The notes under the pieces: generated by a model
What the model saw: the letters and a program-made list of their open reading frames with translations, nothing else
Told to the model about the DNA's origin: nothing
The model's database searches: none
Sequence record: SRR31156797_1107
DNA length: 32,944 bases
Direction: 5' to 3' (one strand)
Position numbers and translations under genes: made by a program
In this document: positions 10,207 to 18,603 of the stretch, in pieces
Position numbering within the stretch: the stretch's first letter is position 1
Layout: every line of letters begins with the position of its first letter

Positions 10207-10234
10207 AGAAGTGTTAATATACACTTCTTTTTTT
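10207..10234 (+). terminator. Intrinsic terminator of yeiH, overlapping a possible -10 for the next gene
   Basis: AGAAGTGT-TAATAT-ACACTTCT followed by a T-run. Confidence 0.65.
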
Positions 10235-10248
10235 ATTAGGATTACAAA

Positions 10249-11052
10249 ATGCTTGGATTAGAATCAATTATTCTTTATATATTATTAGGATTGTTTGTAG
10301 GTGTAGCTGCTGGTTTACTTGGTATTGGTGGAGGTGGAATTATTGTTCCAACTTTAGCAGTAATATTTACAATGCAAGGAATGGGTACTGAAAATACTAT
10401 GCATATGGCATTAGGTACTTCAATGGCTACAATAATTGTAACTTCAATATCAAGTTTAAGGGCACATCATAAAAAAAATGGTGTCTTATGGGATGTTGTA
10501 AAAATGATGGCACCAGGAGTTATTATAGGAACATTTTTTGCTACATTTATAGCTTCCGTATTAAGTTCACTATATCTTGCAATTTTCTTTTCAATATTTA
10601 TGGCTTATGTTTCAACTCAAATGTTTATAAATAAAAAACCAAAACCAAGTAGAACTTTACTTAAAGCAAAAGGGCAGTTTTTCTCAGGAACTATTATTGG
10701 TGCAATATCTGCAATGGTTTCTATTGGTGGTGGTTCTTTAACTGTTCCATATCTAATATGGCAAAATGTAGATGTAAGAAAAGCAATAGGAACAAGTGCA
10801 GCTGTAGGCTTTCCTATAGCAGTTACAGGAACTATTGGTTTTATCATAAATGGCTGGGATAATACTGACTTATCACATTATACTTTAGGATATGTATCTT
10901 TACCAGCTTTTTTCTTTGTTTCAATATGTAGTTATTTTACCGCACCTTTGGGTGTAAAACTTGCACACACTTTACCTGTAGGAGTTGTAAAAAAGATATT
11001 TGCCTTACTTTTGATTTCATTAAGTATAAAAATGCTTTCTTCTTTTATCTAG
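10249..11052 (+). CDS. Sulfite exporter TauE/SafE family protein
   Basis: Duplicated GLLGIGGG / SIGGGSL motifs, ALGTS / AIGTS, about 8 TM helices. Confidence 0.92.
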   Translation: MLGLESIILYILLGLFVGVAAGLLGIGGGGIIVPTLAVIFTMQGMGTENTMHMALGTSMATIIVTSISSLRAHHKKNGVLWDVVKMMAPGVIIGTFFATFIASVLSSLYLAIFFSIFMAYVSTQMFINKKPKPSRTLLKAKGQFFSGTIIGAISAMVSIGGGSLTVPYLIWQNVDVRKAIGTSAAVGFPIAVTGTIGFIINGWDNTDLSHYTLGYVSLPAFFFVSICSYFTAPLGVKLAHTLPVGVVKKIFALLLISLSIKMLSSFI

Positions 11053-11056
11053 TATT

Positions 11057-11065
11057 TGATAGAAT
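11057..11065 (+). promoter_or_regulatory. Extended -10 of dapE
   Basis: TGATAGAAT about 20 nt before ATG, with AAAGGA SD between. Confidence 0.6.
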
Positions 11066-11085
11066 TGCGCAGATAAAGGAAAACA

Positions 11086-12186
11086 ATGACTATTATAGAA
11101 CTATTTCAAAAACTATTAAGATTTAAATCAATTACACCTGATGATGATGGAGCTTTTGATTTCATTGAAGAGTATTTAGGTGATACTTGGCAATGTATAA
11201 AAGTTGATATGGAGGGTGTAAAAAACAGATTCTACTATAAAAAATTTAATGATAACCCTCAACACCTTTGTTTCGCAGGTCATATAGATGTAGTACCAGT
11301 TGGAGAAGGTTGGGATGTAGATCCATTTGCTGCTGATATTATTGATGGAGTTATAACCGCAAGGGGAACACAAGATATGAAAAGTGGAGATGCTGCTTTT
11401 CTTTATGCATGTAAACATGCCCAAAGCTTTGATGGAACATTAAGTATTCTAATGACTTCAGATGAAGAGGGTGAAGGAACATATGGAACTATCAAAATGC
11501 TAGAACACCTGAAAGAGATAGACTTTATACCTCAATACGCAGTAGTAGCAGAACCAACTTGTGAAGAGGTATTTGGAGATGCTATAAAAGTAGGGCGAAG
11601 AGGAAGTATAAACGGATATATAACTATAAAAGGTAAACAAGGACACGCAGCGTATCCAGAAAAGTGTATTAACCCTGTACACAACTTCGCAAATATCTTA
11701 CCAAAAATAGCTGGATATAACTTAGATAATGGAGATGAATACTTTGCTCCTAGTAAAATGGTTATAACAGATATAAGAGCTGGTATGGAAGTAACAAATG
11801 TAACACCAAATGAACTAAAACTTATGTTCAATGTAAGAAACTCTACAAATACAACTAGAGAAAGTGTAGAAGAGTTTATACATAAGAACCTAAAAGGTTT
11901 AGAATACGACTTTAGAACAACTCAAGGTTCATTTCCTTTTGTAACTAACAAAGAATCTAAAGTAGTAAAGGCTATGGAAAGCTCAATAGAGAAAATACTA
12001 AATGTAAAAACAAAACACTCAACAGCTGGTGGAACTAGTGATGCTAGATACTTTGGAGCTTTTGGTATAGAAGCTATAGAGTTTGGAGTTATAAATGATA
12101 CTATTCACAGTGTAGGGGAAAGAACTACAGTAAAAGAAGTAGAGGGTTTAACTGCAGTTTATGAAGATTTGATTAAAAACTTCTAG
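11086..12186 (+). CDS. dapE: Succinyl-diaminopimelate desuccinylase
   Basis: FAGHIDVVP, DMKSG, SDEEG, EPT, GRRGS, GHAAYP, GGTSDAR and terminal IH metal ligand. Confidence 0.96.
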   Translation: MTIIELFQKLLRFKSITPDDDGAFDFIEEYLGDTWQCIKVDMEGVKNRFYYKKFNDNPQHLCFAGHIDVVPVGEGWDVDPFAADIIDGVITARGTQDMKSGDAAFLYACKHAQSFDGTLSILMTSDEEGEGTYGTIKMLEHLKEIDFIPQYAVVAEPTCEEVFGDAIKVGRRGSINGYITIKGKQGHAAYPEKCINPVHNFANILPKIAGYNLDNGDEYFAPSKMVITDIRAGMEVTNVTPNELKLMFNVRNSTNTTRESVEEFIHKNLKGLEYDFRTTQGSFPFVTNKESKVVKAMESSIEKILNVKTKHSTAGGTSDARYFGAFGIEAIEFGVINDTIHSVGERTTVKEVEGLTAVYEDLIKNF

Positions 12187-12196
12187 AAAGAGTAAA

Positions 12197-12934
12197 ATGG
12201 ATTTTCAAAGTAACTTATATCTGATTTTTGAAAAACCAACTAAACATAAATATGGTGTATTCTTTCAAGTTCTTATATACTTGAATATACTTGTTAGTAT
12301 AACTGTGATGTTCCTAGAAACAGAGAAATCACTAAGTGAGTATTTTACACTATTTGAAAAAATCAATATGATAAATATCTTTTTATTTACTATAGAGTAT
12401 ATATTAAGACTATATTCTAGAAAGAGAAACAAGATAAAATATATGTTTACTCCTTTTATGATTATAGACTTGATTGTCTTACTGCCTTTTTATTTAACAA
12501 TCTTCAATATAGACTTAGGTTTCTTAAGAGGTCTTAGAGTAATTAGAATATTCAAATTATTTAGATTAGCAAAGTTTAATGAGTTTGATAAACTAATAAT
12601 AGATATCTTCAAAGAAAAAAAAGAGGAGTTTCTTTATATAGTAGTAGCTATATTTGTATTACTCTTTACATTAACGCCTTTAGTTTATTTTGTAGAATCA
12701 AAAGCTCAACCTGAAGTTTTTACTAGTATGTCAACAACTTTATGGTGGTCAGTTACTACTTTTACAACTGTAGGATATGGAGATATGTATCCAATTACAA
12801 CTTTAGGTAGAATCTTAACAACATTTGTTAGTGCATTAGGAATTGCTTTTTATGCTATTCCTGGAAGTATCTTTACAAGTAGTTTATTAGATAAGATAAA
12901 TGAAAAAAGAAAAAACAAAGAGAATGAACAATAA
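12197..12934 (+). CDS. Voltage-gated potassium channel (6TM ion transporter)
   Basis: S4 RGLRVIRIFKLFRLAK; pore WWSVTTFTTVGYGD. Confidence 0.93.
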   Translation: MDFQSNLYLIFEKPTKHKYGVFFQVLIYLNILVSITVMFLETEKSLSEYFTLFEKINMINIFLFTIEYILRLYSRKRNKIKYMFTPFMIIDLIVLLPFYLTIFNIDLGFLRGLRVIRIFKLFRLAKFNEFDKLIIDIFKEKKEEFLYIVVAIFVLLFTLTPLVYFVESKAQPEVFTSMSTTLWWSVTTFTTVGYGDMYPITTLGRILTTFVSALGIAFYAIPGSIFTSSLLDKINEKRKNKENEQ

Positions 12935-13021
12935 TTTAATATAAATTGCAAAATGTAATCTTTTTAATTATTATTAAAAAAGATTGATAGAATAATTCCA
13001 AATAATCTAAGGAATGATTAT

Positions 13022-13135
13022 ATGCAAAATTTATCAAATCAATATGCAGAGCATATTAAAACTGCTTTTAATATTTTAAGTGAAATTCTTGAAGATACAA
13101 ATGAGACAGAAAAAAAGTTATGGGGTTTAGAATAA
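13022..13135 (+). CDS. Unannotated 37-aa small protein
   Basis: MQNLSNQYAEHIKTAFNILSEILEDTNETEKKLWGLE; TGATAGAAT at 12985-12993, AAGGA SD, hairpin at 13150-13176. Confidence 0.6.
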   Translation: MQNLSNQYAEHIKTAFNILSEILEDTNETEKKLWGLE

Positions 13136-13213
13136 ATAAATAATATATTATAAAGAATTTATATAACTTTCTTTATGATAAAATTCAAGTTAAATTAATA
13201 GTTAGGAAAATCA

Positions 13214-13474
13214 ATGAGCAACAAATTGCATTTTATGTGTGGTAAAATGGCTGCTGGAAAATCAACACTTTCAAGAAAACTTACTTCTGAATATAATGCA
13301 ATACTATTAAGTGAAGATGAACTTTTAAAAAAAAGAAATGAAAATTTTTTAGAAGATACTCCTTTGATAGATGAGTCAACTTTTGATGCTATTACAAAAT
13401 ACTTTCAAGAGCCTAAGGAAGATGAAAACTGTATTAAACCTTATGCAAAATATATATTTTCTACGCCATTTTAA
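13214..13474 (+). pseudogene. Internally deleted P-loop kinase (AAA_33-like) remnant
   Basis: HFMCGKMAAGKST Walker A and LLSEDE join directly to the family C-terminus FDAITKYFQEP; the central region expected for the family is missing. Retains TGATAAAAT (13176-13184) and AGGA SD. Confidence 0.7.
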
Positions 13475-13970
13475 AGTTTTAGATAAAGAAGATAAAAAGT
13501 TAAACTCTCAAGAGTTTGAAAAATGGGTAGAAAACTATGATAACTTTTTATTAGAAGAAAAAGAGCTAAGCCTTCCAAAAGTAAAGAAAGTATTTGTTAG
13601 TTCTTTAAATAGAACAATAAAAACTGCAAAATATTTAAACTTAGATTTTGAAAAGACACCTTTGTTAAAAGAGGTAGAAGCTAAAGCTTTTTTCAATACT
13701 GATATTAAGTTTAGCAAAACCTTTTGGTTGGTAGTTTCAAGATTTCTTTGGTTTTTTAATCTTACTAAACATGAAACGAAAAAAGATACCAAAAATAGAG
13801 CTAGATTATTTATAAAAAGTTTAGAAGATGAAGATACAGATATTTTGATTATCTCCCATGGGTTGTTTTTAAAGGTTTTAGAAAAAGAGTTAAAAAATAT
13901 TGGCTTTAGGTCAAATCTAGGAGTAAGTGCCAAAAACTCTATAGTTTACAAGTTAGAAAAACCCCTATGA
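13443..13970 (+). CDS. Histidine phosphatase (phosphoglycerate mutase) family protein
   Basis: IYFLRH, SSLNRTIKTA, LKEV, ILIISHG. Start uncertain (ATG 13443 or 13422). Confidence 0.82.
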   Translation: MQNIYFLRHFKVLDKEDKKLNSQEFEKWVENYDNFLLEEKELSLPKVKKVFVSSLNRTIKTAKYLNLDFEKTPLLKEVEAKAFFNTDIKFSKTFWLVVSRFLWFFNLTKHETKKDTKNRARLFIKSLEDEDTDILIISHGLFLKVLEKELKNIGFRSNLGVSAKNSIVYKLEKPL

Positions 13971-14080
13971 ATATACAAATAATCAATTATGATAAAAACT
14001 ATTTAAAAAAAATATCTGAACTCTTTACAAATACTATTCATAATACTTGGGAAAATAGACTAAATAAAACAAAAAGATAA
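13967..14080 (+). pseudogene. GNAT acetyltransferase (YafP-like) fragment
   Basis: ATGA overlap with upstream stop; MNIQIINYDKNYLKKISELFTNTIHNTWENRLNKTKR* resembles the GNAT N-terminus, then stops. Confidence 0.55.
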
Positions 14081-14087
14081 AACAAAT

Positions 14088-14124
14088 AATCAAGAGTTAG
14101 TAAATTTTTCCCTAACTCTTGATT
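14088..14124. terminator. Bidirectional terminator downstream of aldA
   Basis: AATCAAGAGTTAG...CTAACTCTTGATT, 13-bp stem. Confidence 0.75.
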
Positions 14125-14129
14125 TATGA

Positions 14130-15581
14130 TTAAGCTTGTTTATTAGTATCGTATTGTAGATATACAACTTTTGTTTGTAAAAACTCTTCAAGCCCATGTT
14201 TACCATCAGCTCCACCAATACCAGATTTTCTCCAACCTGCGTGGAAACCTTGCATAGCTTCAAAATTTTCTCTGTTGATATATGTTTCACCAAATTTAAT
14301 CTCTTTGCAAGCTCTCATAGCCAAATCTATATCTTGAGTATAGATTGATGAGGTAAGTCCAAATTCGCTGTCATTTGCCATCTCAATTGCTTCATCAAAA
14401 GTTTCAAAAGTAACTATTGGAAGAACTGGTCCAAATATCTCTTCATGTATGATATTCATATCTTGTGTTACATTTGTAATAACAGTTGGTTCATAATAAA
14501 AACCATCAGTTCTAGGAGATATATTTCCACCTGTTACAACTGTAGCACCTTGGGCTTTTGCTCCATCTACAAGTGATTGTACATGAGTTATTGCAGCTTC
14601 ATTGATAAGTGGACCCATATCAATTTCTTCTTTTAATGGGTCACCATAAGTAGTAGCTGCCATAGCTTTTACTATTTTTTCTGTAAACTCTTTTTCTATA
14701 CTTTTATGTACATAAACTCTTTCAGCACAATTACAAACTTGACCATTGTTTATAACTCTTGAGTTTTTAATTGCTTCAACAGCTAAATCAATATTTGCAT
14801 CACCCATAACTATTGCAGGAGCTTTTCCTCCAAGTTCTAGTGAAACTTTAGTTACATTTTTTGCAGCTGCTTCCATGATTTTAACACCAGTTGGTACACT
14901 TCCTGTAAAACTAACTATTCCAACTTTTTCGTTACTAGCAAGAGAATCTCCAACTTCTGAACCTGAACCAGATACTAAGTTAAATACACCTTTTGGAAGT
15001 TCAACTTCATCTACTAGTTTTGCAAATTCAAATGCATTGTTTGGAGTATCAGAACTTGGTTTTATAACTATAGTATTACCAGTTACAAGTGCAGGAGCTA
15101 GTTTTCTAGCTATTAGGAAAAATGGAAAATTCCAAGGTAAAATACCAGCTGCAACACCAATAGGAAGTTTAAATAAAAATATATTTTCATTTGGTCTGTC
15201 ACTTTGAAGAATTTCTCCTTCATATCTTCTAGCCCATTCAGCCATATAATCCATATAATCAGCAGTGAAGTTAACTTCAACTAACGCAAGACCAAATAGT
15301 TTTCCTTGTTCTTCTGTGATAGTTTTAGCTAGCATATCTGCATTGTCTCTAATTTTCTGAGCAATCTTACGTAAATACGAAGCTCTTTCAACTGCAGGAA
15401 GTTTTTCCCAAGTTTTTTGTGCTTCATATGCTGCATTTACCGCTTGTTCTACATCATCTTTTGTTCCTTTTGGAATATAAGAGATAACTTTTTTGTCAGC
15501 AGGGTTTATTACCGGAATAGTTTCATCTTTTGAGATAAACTCTCCATTGATATACATTTTGTAAACTCTGTTTTCAGCCAT
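14130..15581 (-). CDS. aldA: NAD-dependent aldehyde dehydrogenase A (lactaldehyde/glycolaldehyde type)
   Basis: PWNFPFFLIARK, LELGGKAP, NNGQVCNCAERVYV, EEIFGP, and AldA-type FEAMQGFHAGWRKSGIGGADGKHG. Confidence 0.93.
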   Translation of the reverse strand: MAENRVYKMYINGEFISKDETIPVINPADKKVISYIPKGTKDDVEQAVNAAYEAQKTWEKLPAVERASYLRKIAQKIRDNADMLAKTITEEQGKLFGLALVEVNFTADYMDYMAEWARRYEGEILQSDRPNENIFLFKLPIGVAAGILPWNFPFFLIARKLAPALVTGNTIVIKPSSDTPNNAFEFAKLVDEVELPKGVFNLVSGSGSEVGDSLASNEKVGIVSFTGSVPTGVKIMEAAAKNVTKVSLELGGKAPAIVMGDANIDLAVEAIKNSRVINNGQVCNCAERVYVHKSIEKEFTEKIVKAMAATTYGDPLKEEIDMGPLINEAAITHVQSLVDGAKAQGATVVTGGNISPRTDGFYYEPTVITNVTQDMNIIHEEIFGPVLPIVTFETFDEAIEMANDSEFGLTSSIYTQDIDLAMRACKEIKFGETYINRENFEAMQGFHAGWRKSGIGGADGKHGLEEFLQTKVVYLQYDTNKQA

Positions 15582-15725
15582 AATATCCTCCTTGTAAATT
15601 TAGATTTATAATCATGTTATAACTATAAAATAAATATATTATTAATGCAATAGATTATTTTTATTATTTATTTCATTTATAATTGGTTTTCTTTATCTTT
15701 AATTATTTAGAATTTCTTCTAAAAG

Positions 15726-15739
15726 GTGGTATATACAAC
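15726..15739. promoter_or_regulatory. GntR-like palindrome upstream of aldA
   Basis: GTGGTATATACAAC, 12/14 self-complementary. Confidence 0.35.
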
Positions 15740-15837
15740 AAGTAAAGAAAAATAATAAAAATAATTTGTATGTAAAAACTAATAATTTATTTTCTTCACT
15801 AAGTTACAATTAGAAACAAATATAGATGTAATATTTA

Positions 15838-17208
15838 TTAGTTCTTACATCTGTCCCAAGTTTCTTTAAATAAATTCATAGCTTTGATAATTTGATTTTC
15901 TGAGAGACCTCCAAATCCCATTGATAAAACTTTCTCTTTATCTTTTAATTCTCTGATGTAAATTTTTATATATTCTTCTTTGCAATATTTTTGAAGTTTT
16001 TCTAAATCAATATCAATTAGTGGCTTTATTAAAATATTTAATCCACTTCCTTCTCTAAGTATTTTTATATCTTTTTTTAGTTGTTCTTCTAAAAACTCTT
16101 TCATAATATCATGCTTTTTTTTGTTTATTGTTCTAACTTTTCTTAAGTGCCTATCCCAAAAACCTTCTCTCATAAACATCGCTAATGTTTTTTGAATATC
16201 TATAGATACAGTTGAGTAAGTATAATCAAACTCTTTTTTATAAAGCTCTAATATTTTTTCAGGAAGAACCAAATAACTAACTCTAAGTGAAGGGGAAAAG
16301 GATTTTGAAAAGGTACCAGAGTATATAACTCTTTTATTGTTATTTATACCTTGCATTGATGGTACTGGTCTATTATAGTAGCTCAATTCACTATCATAAT
16401 CATCTTCTATAATATATGCATCATTTGCTTTAGCCCAATTTATTATCTCAATTCTATTTGCAATAGGAATTGTTATTCCAAAAAAATATTGATGAGAGGG
16501 AGTTAAGTATAAAAGTTTTGAAGAAGATTTTTTTAGAAATTTTAAATCTATTCCTTGTTCATTCATAGGAATATCTTCTATCTCAAAATGGTTTTGTTGG
16601 AAAACCTTTTTAGTAACTCTATAGCTTGGAGATTCCATTGCAAGCTTTTTTGTTTTATTGTTTAGTAAAGTAGATATTATAAACATAGAATCAGAAAATC
16701 CACTTGTGATTACTATATTTTCAACGCTACAATTTACTCCTCTAGATTCAGAAAGATACTTTGCTATTTCATTTCTAAGTTCTATATCCCCTTGGATGTT
16801 ATAATAAACACCCATATTTAAATCACTTTTTAATACTTTATTATAAAGTCTTAGCCATATTTTTTTAGGGAAAATATCTTCAGATAAACAAGCTGGATAA
16901 AAATCGTATTTTATCAGCTCTTCACTCATATTATTATAATCATTATCTTTTTCCTCTTTTGAGAAGTTATCATATAAGTCTTCACTTACAAAATATCCAC
17001 TTTGTGGTTTACTGTCTATATATCCTTCTGCATATAATTGGTTGTATGCTGTTTGTATTGTATTTTTACTAATCTTGTATTCAGTAGACATTTTTCTTAT
17101 TGAAGGCAGTTTCTCTCCAGCTTTTAAGTTATTTTCTATCTCATATTTAATTTGTTCATATAACTGTTTATATATTGGCTTATCTGATTTTTGATCAATT
17201 ATATACAT
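15838..17208 (-). CDS. MocR/PdxR family PLP-dependent regulator
   Basis: GntR wHTH (LPSIRKMS...SKNTIQTAYNQLYAEGY) plus aminotransferase domain (TPSHQY, IIEDDYDSE, GTFSKS lysine). Confidence 0.95.
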   Translation of the reverse strand: MYIIDQKSDKPIYKQLYEQIKYEIENNLKAGEKLPSIRKMSTEYKISKNTIQTAYNQLYAEGYIDSKPQSGYFVSEDLYDNFSKEEKDNDYNNMSEELIKYDFYPACLSEDIFPKKIWLRLYNKVLKSDLNMGVYYNIQGDIELRNEIAKYLSESRGVNCSVENIVITSGFSDSMFIISTLLNNKTKKLAMESPSYRVTKKVFQQNHFEIEDIPMNEQGIDLKFLKKSSSKLLYLTPSHQYFFGITIPIANRIEIINWAKANDAYIIEDDYDSELSYYNRPVPSMQGINNNKRVIYSGTFSKSFSPSLRVSYLVLPEKILELYKKEFDYTYSTVSIDIQKTLAMFMREGFWDRHLRKVRTINKKKHDIMKEFLEEQLKKDIKILREGSGLNILIKPLIDIDLEKLQKYCKEEYIKIYIRELKDKEKVLSMGFGGLSENQIIKAMNLFKETWDRCKN

Positions 17209-17270
17209 AACTGTCCCTATAAAAATTTAATAATTTGTATCTTGTGATAAGTACAATTAAACGATATACT
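17209..17270. promoter_or_regulatory. Putative MocR boxes and -10 of the PNPOx-GNAT operon
   Basis: CTGTCC (17211) and TTGTAT (17235) as degenerate direct repeats, inverted GTACAA (17251), GaTATACT at 17263-17270. Confidence 0.45.
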
Positions 17271-17316
17271 ACCATAACTTTTTAAAAATAGAAAGTCAAA
17301 ACTAAAAGGAGGTTCA

Positions 17317-17910
17317 ATGAAATCGCAAGTTGAAATAAAAGACCAAAAGATTATTGAAGATATTTTGCATACTGTAGAGTATGGAACACTTGCTTTATGT
17401 AATGATAACAAACCATATAGTTTACCTATGAATTTTGTTTATCAAGATAATATTATTTATTTACATGGAGCAAAAAAAGGAAAGAAAAAAGAGTTTATGC
17501 TTGCTAATGGCTTTGCTTCATTTAGCGTAGTTGAACCTTATTCTATGATTCAATCATATTTTAGTTCAAATGATAATTTAGCTTGTCCAGCAACACATTT
17601 TTTTAAATCTGTTTGTTGTGATGGAGAGATAAAAATAGTTGAAGATTATGAGGAAAAGACAAAAGCATTGCAATTATTAATGGAAAAACTTCAGCCTGAA
17701 GGTGGTTATATATCTTTAGATAATGAGGTTTATAAAAAGATAATAAATGCAACAGAAGTTTTTAAAATAGAGATTGAGCAAATGAAAGGTAAACTAAAAT
17801 TAGGACAAAATTTACCTCAAGAAAGATATGAAATGGTATTAGAACATCTTGCAAAAAGAGGTTTTGATATAGATAAAAAAACAATACAAATGATGAAGGA
17901 ACACAGATGA
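17317..17910 (+). CDS. Pyridoxamine 5'-phosphate oxidase-like flavin-binding protein (NimA-like)
   Basis: YGTLAL, PYSLPMNF, IYLHGAKKGKK, KLGQN split-barrel motifs; AAGGAGG SD. Confidence 0.88.
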   Translation: MKSQVEIKDQKIIEDILHTVEYGTLALCNDNKPYSLPMNFVYQDNIIYLHGAKKGKKKEFMLANGFASFSVVEPYSMIQSYFSSNDNLACPATHFFKSVCCDGEIKIVEDYEEKTKALQLLMEKLQPEGGYISLDNEVYKKIINATEVFKIEIEQMKGKLKLGQNLPQERYEMVLEHLAKRGFDIDKKTIQMMKEHR

Positions 17911-18467
17911 TTACTTGTGAAGTAGCAAAAATAGAAGATATTGAAGAGATTTTAAAATTACACTTTAGATACCAAGTTGATTCTATAAATGAAGAGGACA
18001 AAAAAGATGGTTTTATAACAACAGCTTTTACAAAAGAACAGTTAACAAAACTTATAGAAGATGAAAGTGGTTTATTTGTAGCAAAAAAAGATGAAAAGAT
18101 TGTAGCCTATGTTATGGCAGCATCTTGGGCTTATTGGTCAGCTTGGCCAATGTTTGTTCATATGATAAAAGACTTAGATAGTGTAGAGTTTAAAGGTCAG
18201 AAACTAACAGTAGATAACTCATATCAGTATGGTCCTGTTTGTGTTGATAAAAGTGTTAGAGGAACAGGTGCACTAGAAAAGATATTTGATTTTGCAAGAG
18301 AGCAAATGAATAAAAAATACCCAATACTAGTTACATTTATAAATAAAATTAACCCAAGATCTTATGAAGCTCACACTAGAAAGTTAGGATTAGATGTTGT
18401 AAAAGAGTTTGATTTTAACAACAACAACTATTATGAACTTTGTTATGATACTTCAAAACCTTTATAA
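17907..18467 (+). CDS. GNAT family acetyltransferase
   Basis: YQYGPVCVDKSVRGTG acetyl-CoA motif, NPRSYEAH; ATGA overlap with upstream gene. Confidence 0.85.
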   Translation: MITCEVAKIEDIEEILKLHFRYQVDSINEEDKKDGFITTAFTKEQLTKLIEDESGLFVAKKDEKIVAYVMAASWAYWSAWPMFVHMIKDLDSVEFKGQKLTVDNSYQYGPVCVDKSVRGTGALEKIFDFAREQMNKKYPILVTFINKINPRSYEAHTRKLGLDVVKEFDFNNNNYYELCYDTSKPL

Positions 18468-18493
18468 AATAAGAGATTAACTCTTATTTTATA
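18463..18493 (+). terminator. Intrinsic terminator
   Basis: TATAAAATAAGAG-ATTAA-CTCTTATTTTATA. Confidence 0.7.
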
Positions 18494-18603
18494 TTCTCTC
18501 ATCAAACCCTAGATTTAGTTTAATTAAAGATAAAAATAAAAAACAAGCTTATTTAATAATTAATCTATACTTAAAATAATTTTATACCGATAAATAAGAT
18601 TAT

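Noticed and set aside
13371..13442. ORF-track N-terminal extension of the histidine phosphatase
   Set aside because: Overlaps the kinase remnant; the RH motif normally sits within a few residues of the start.
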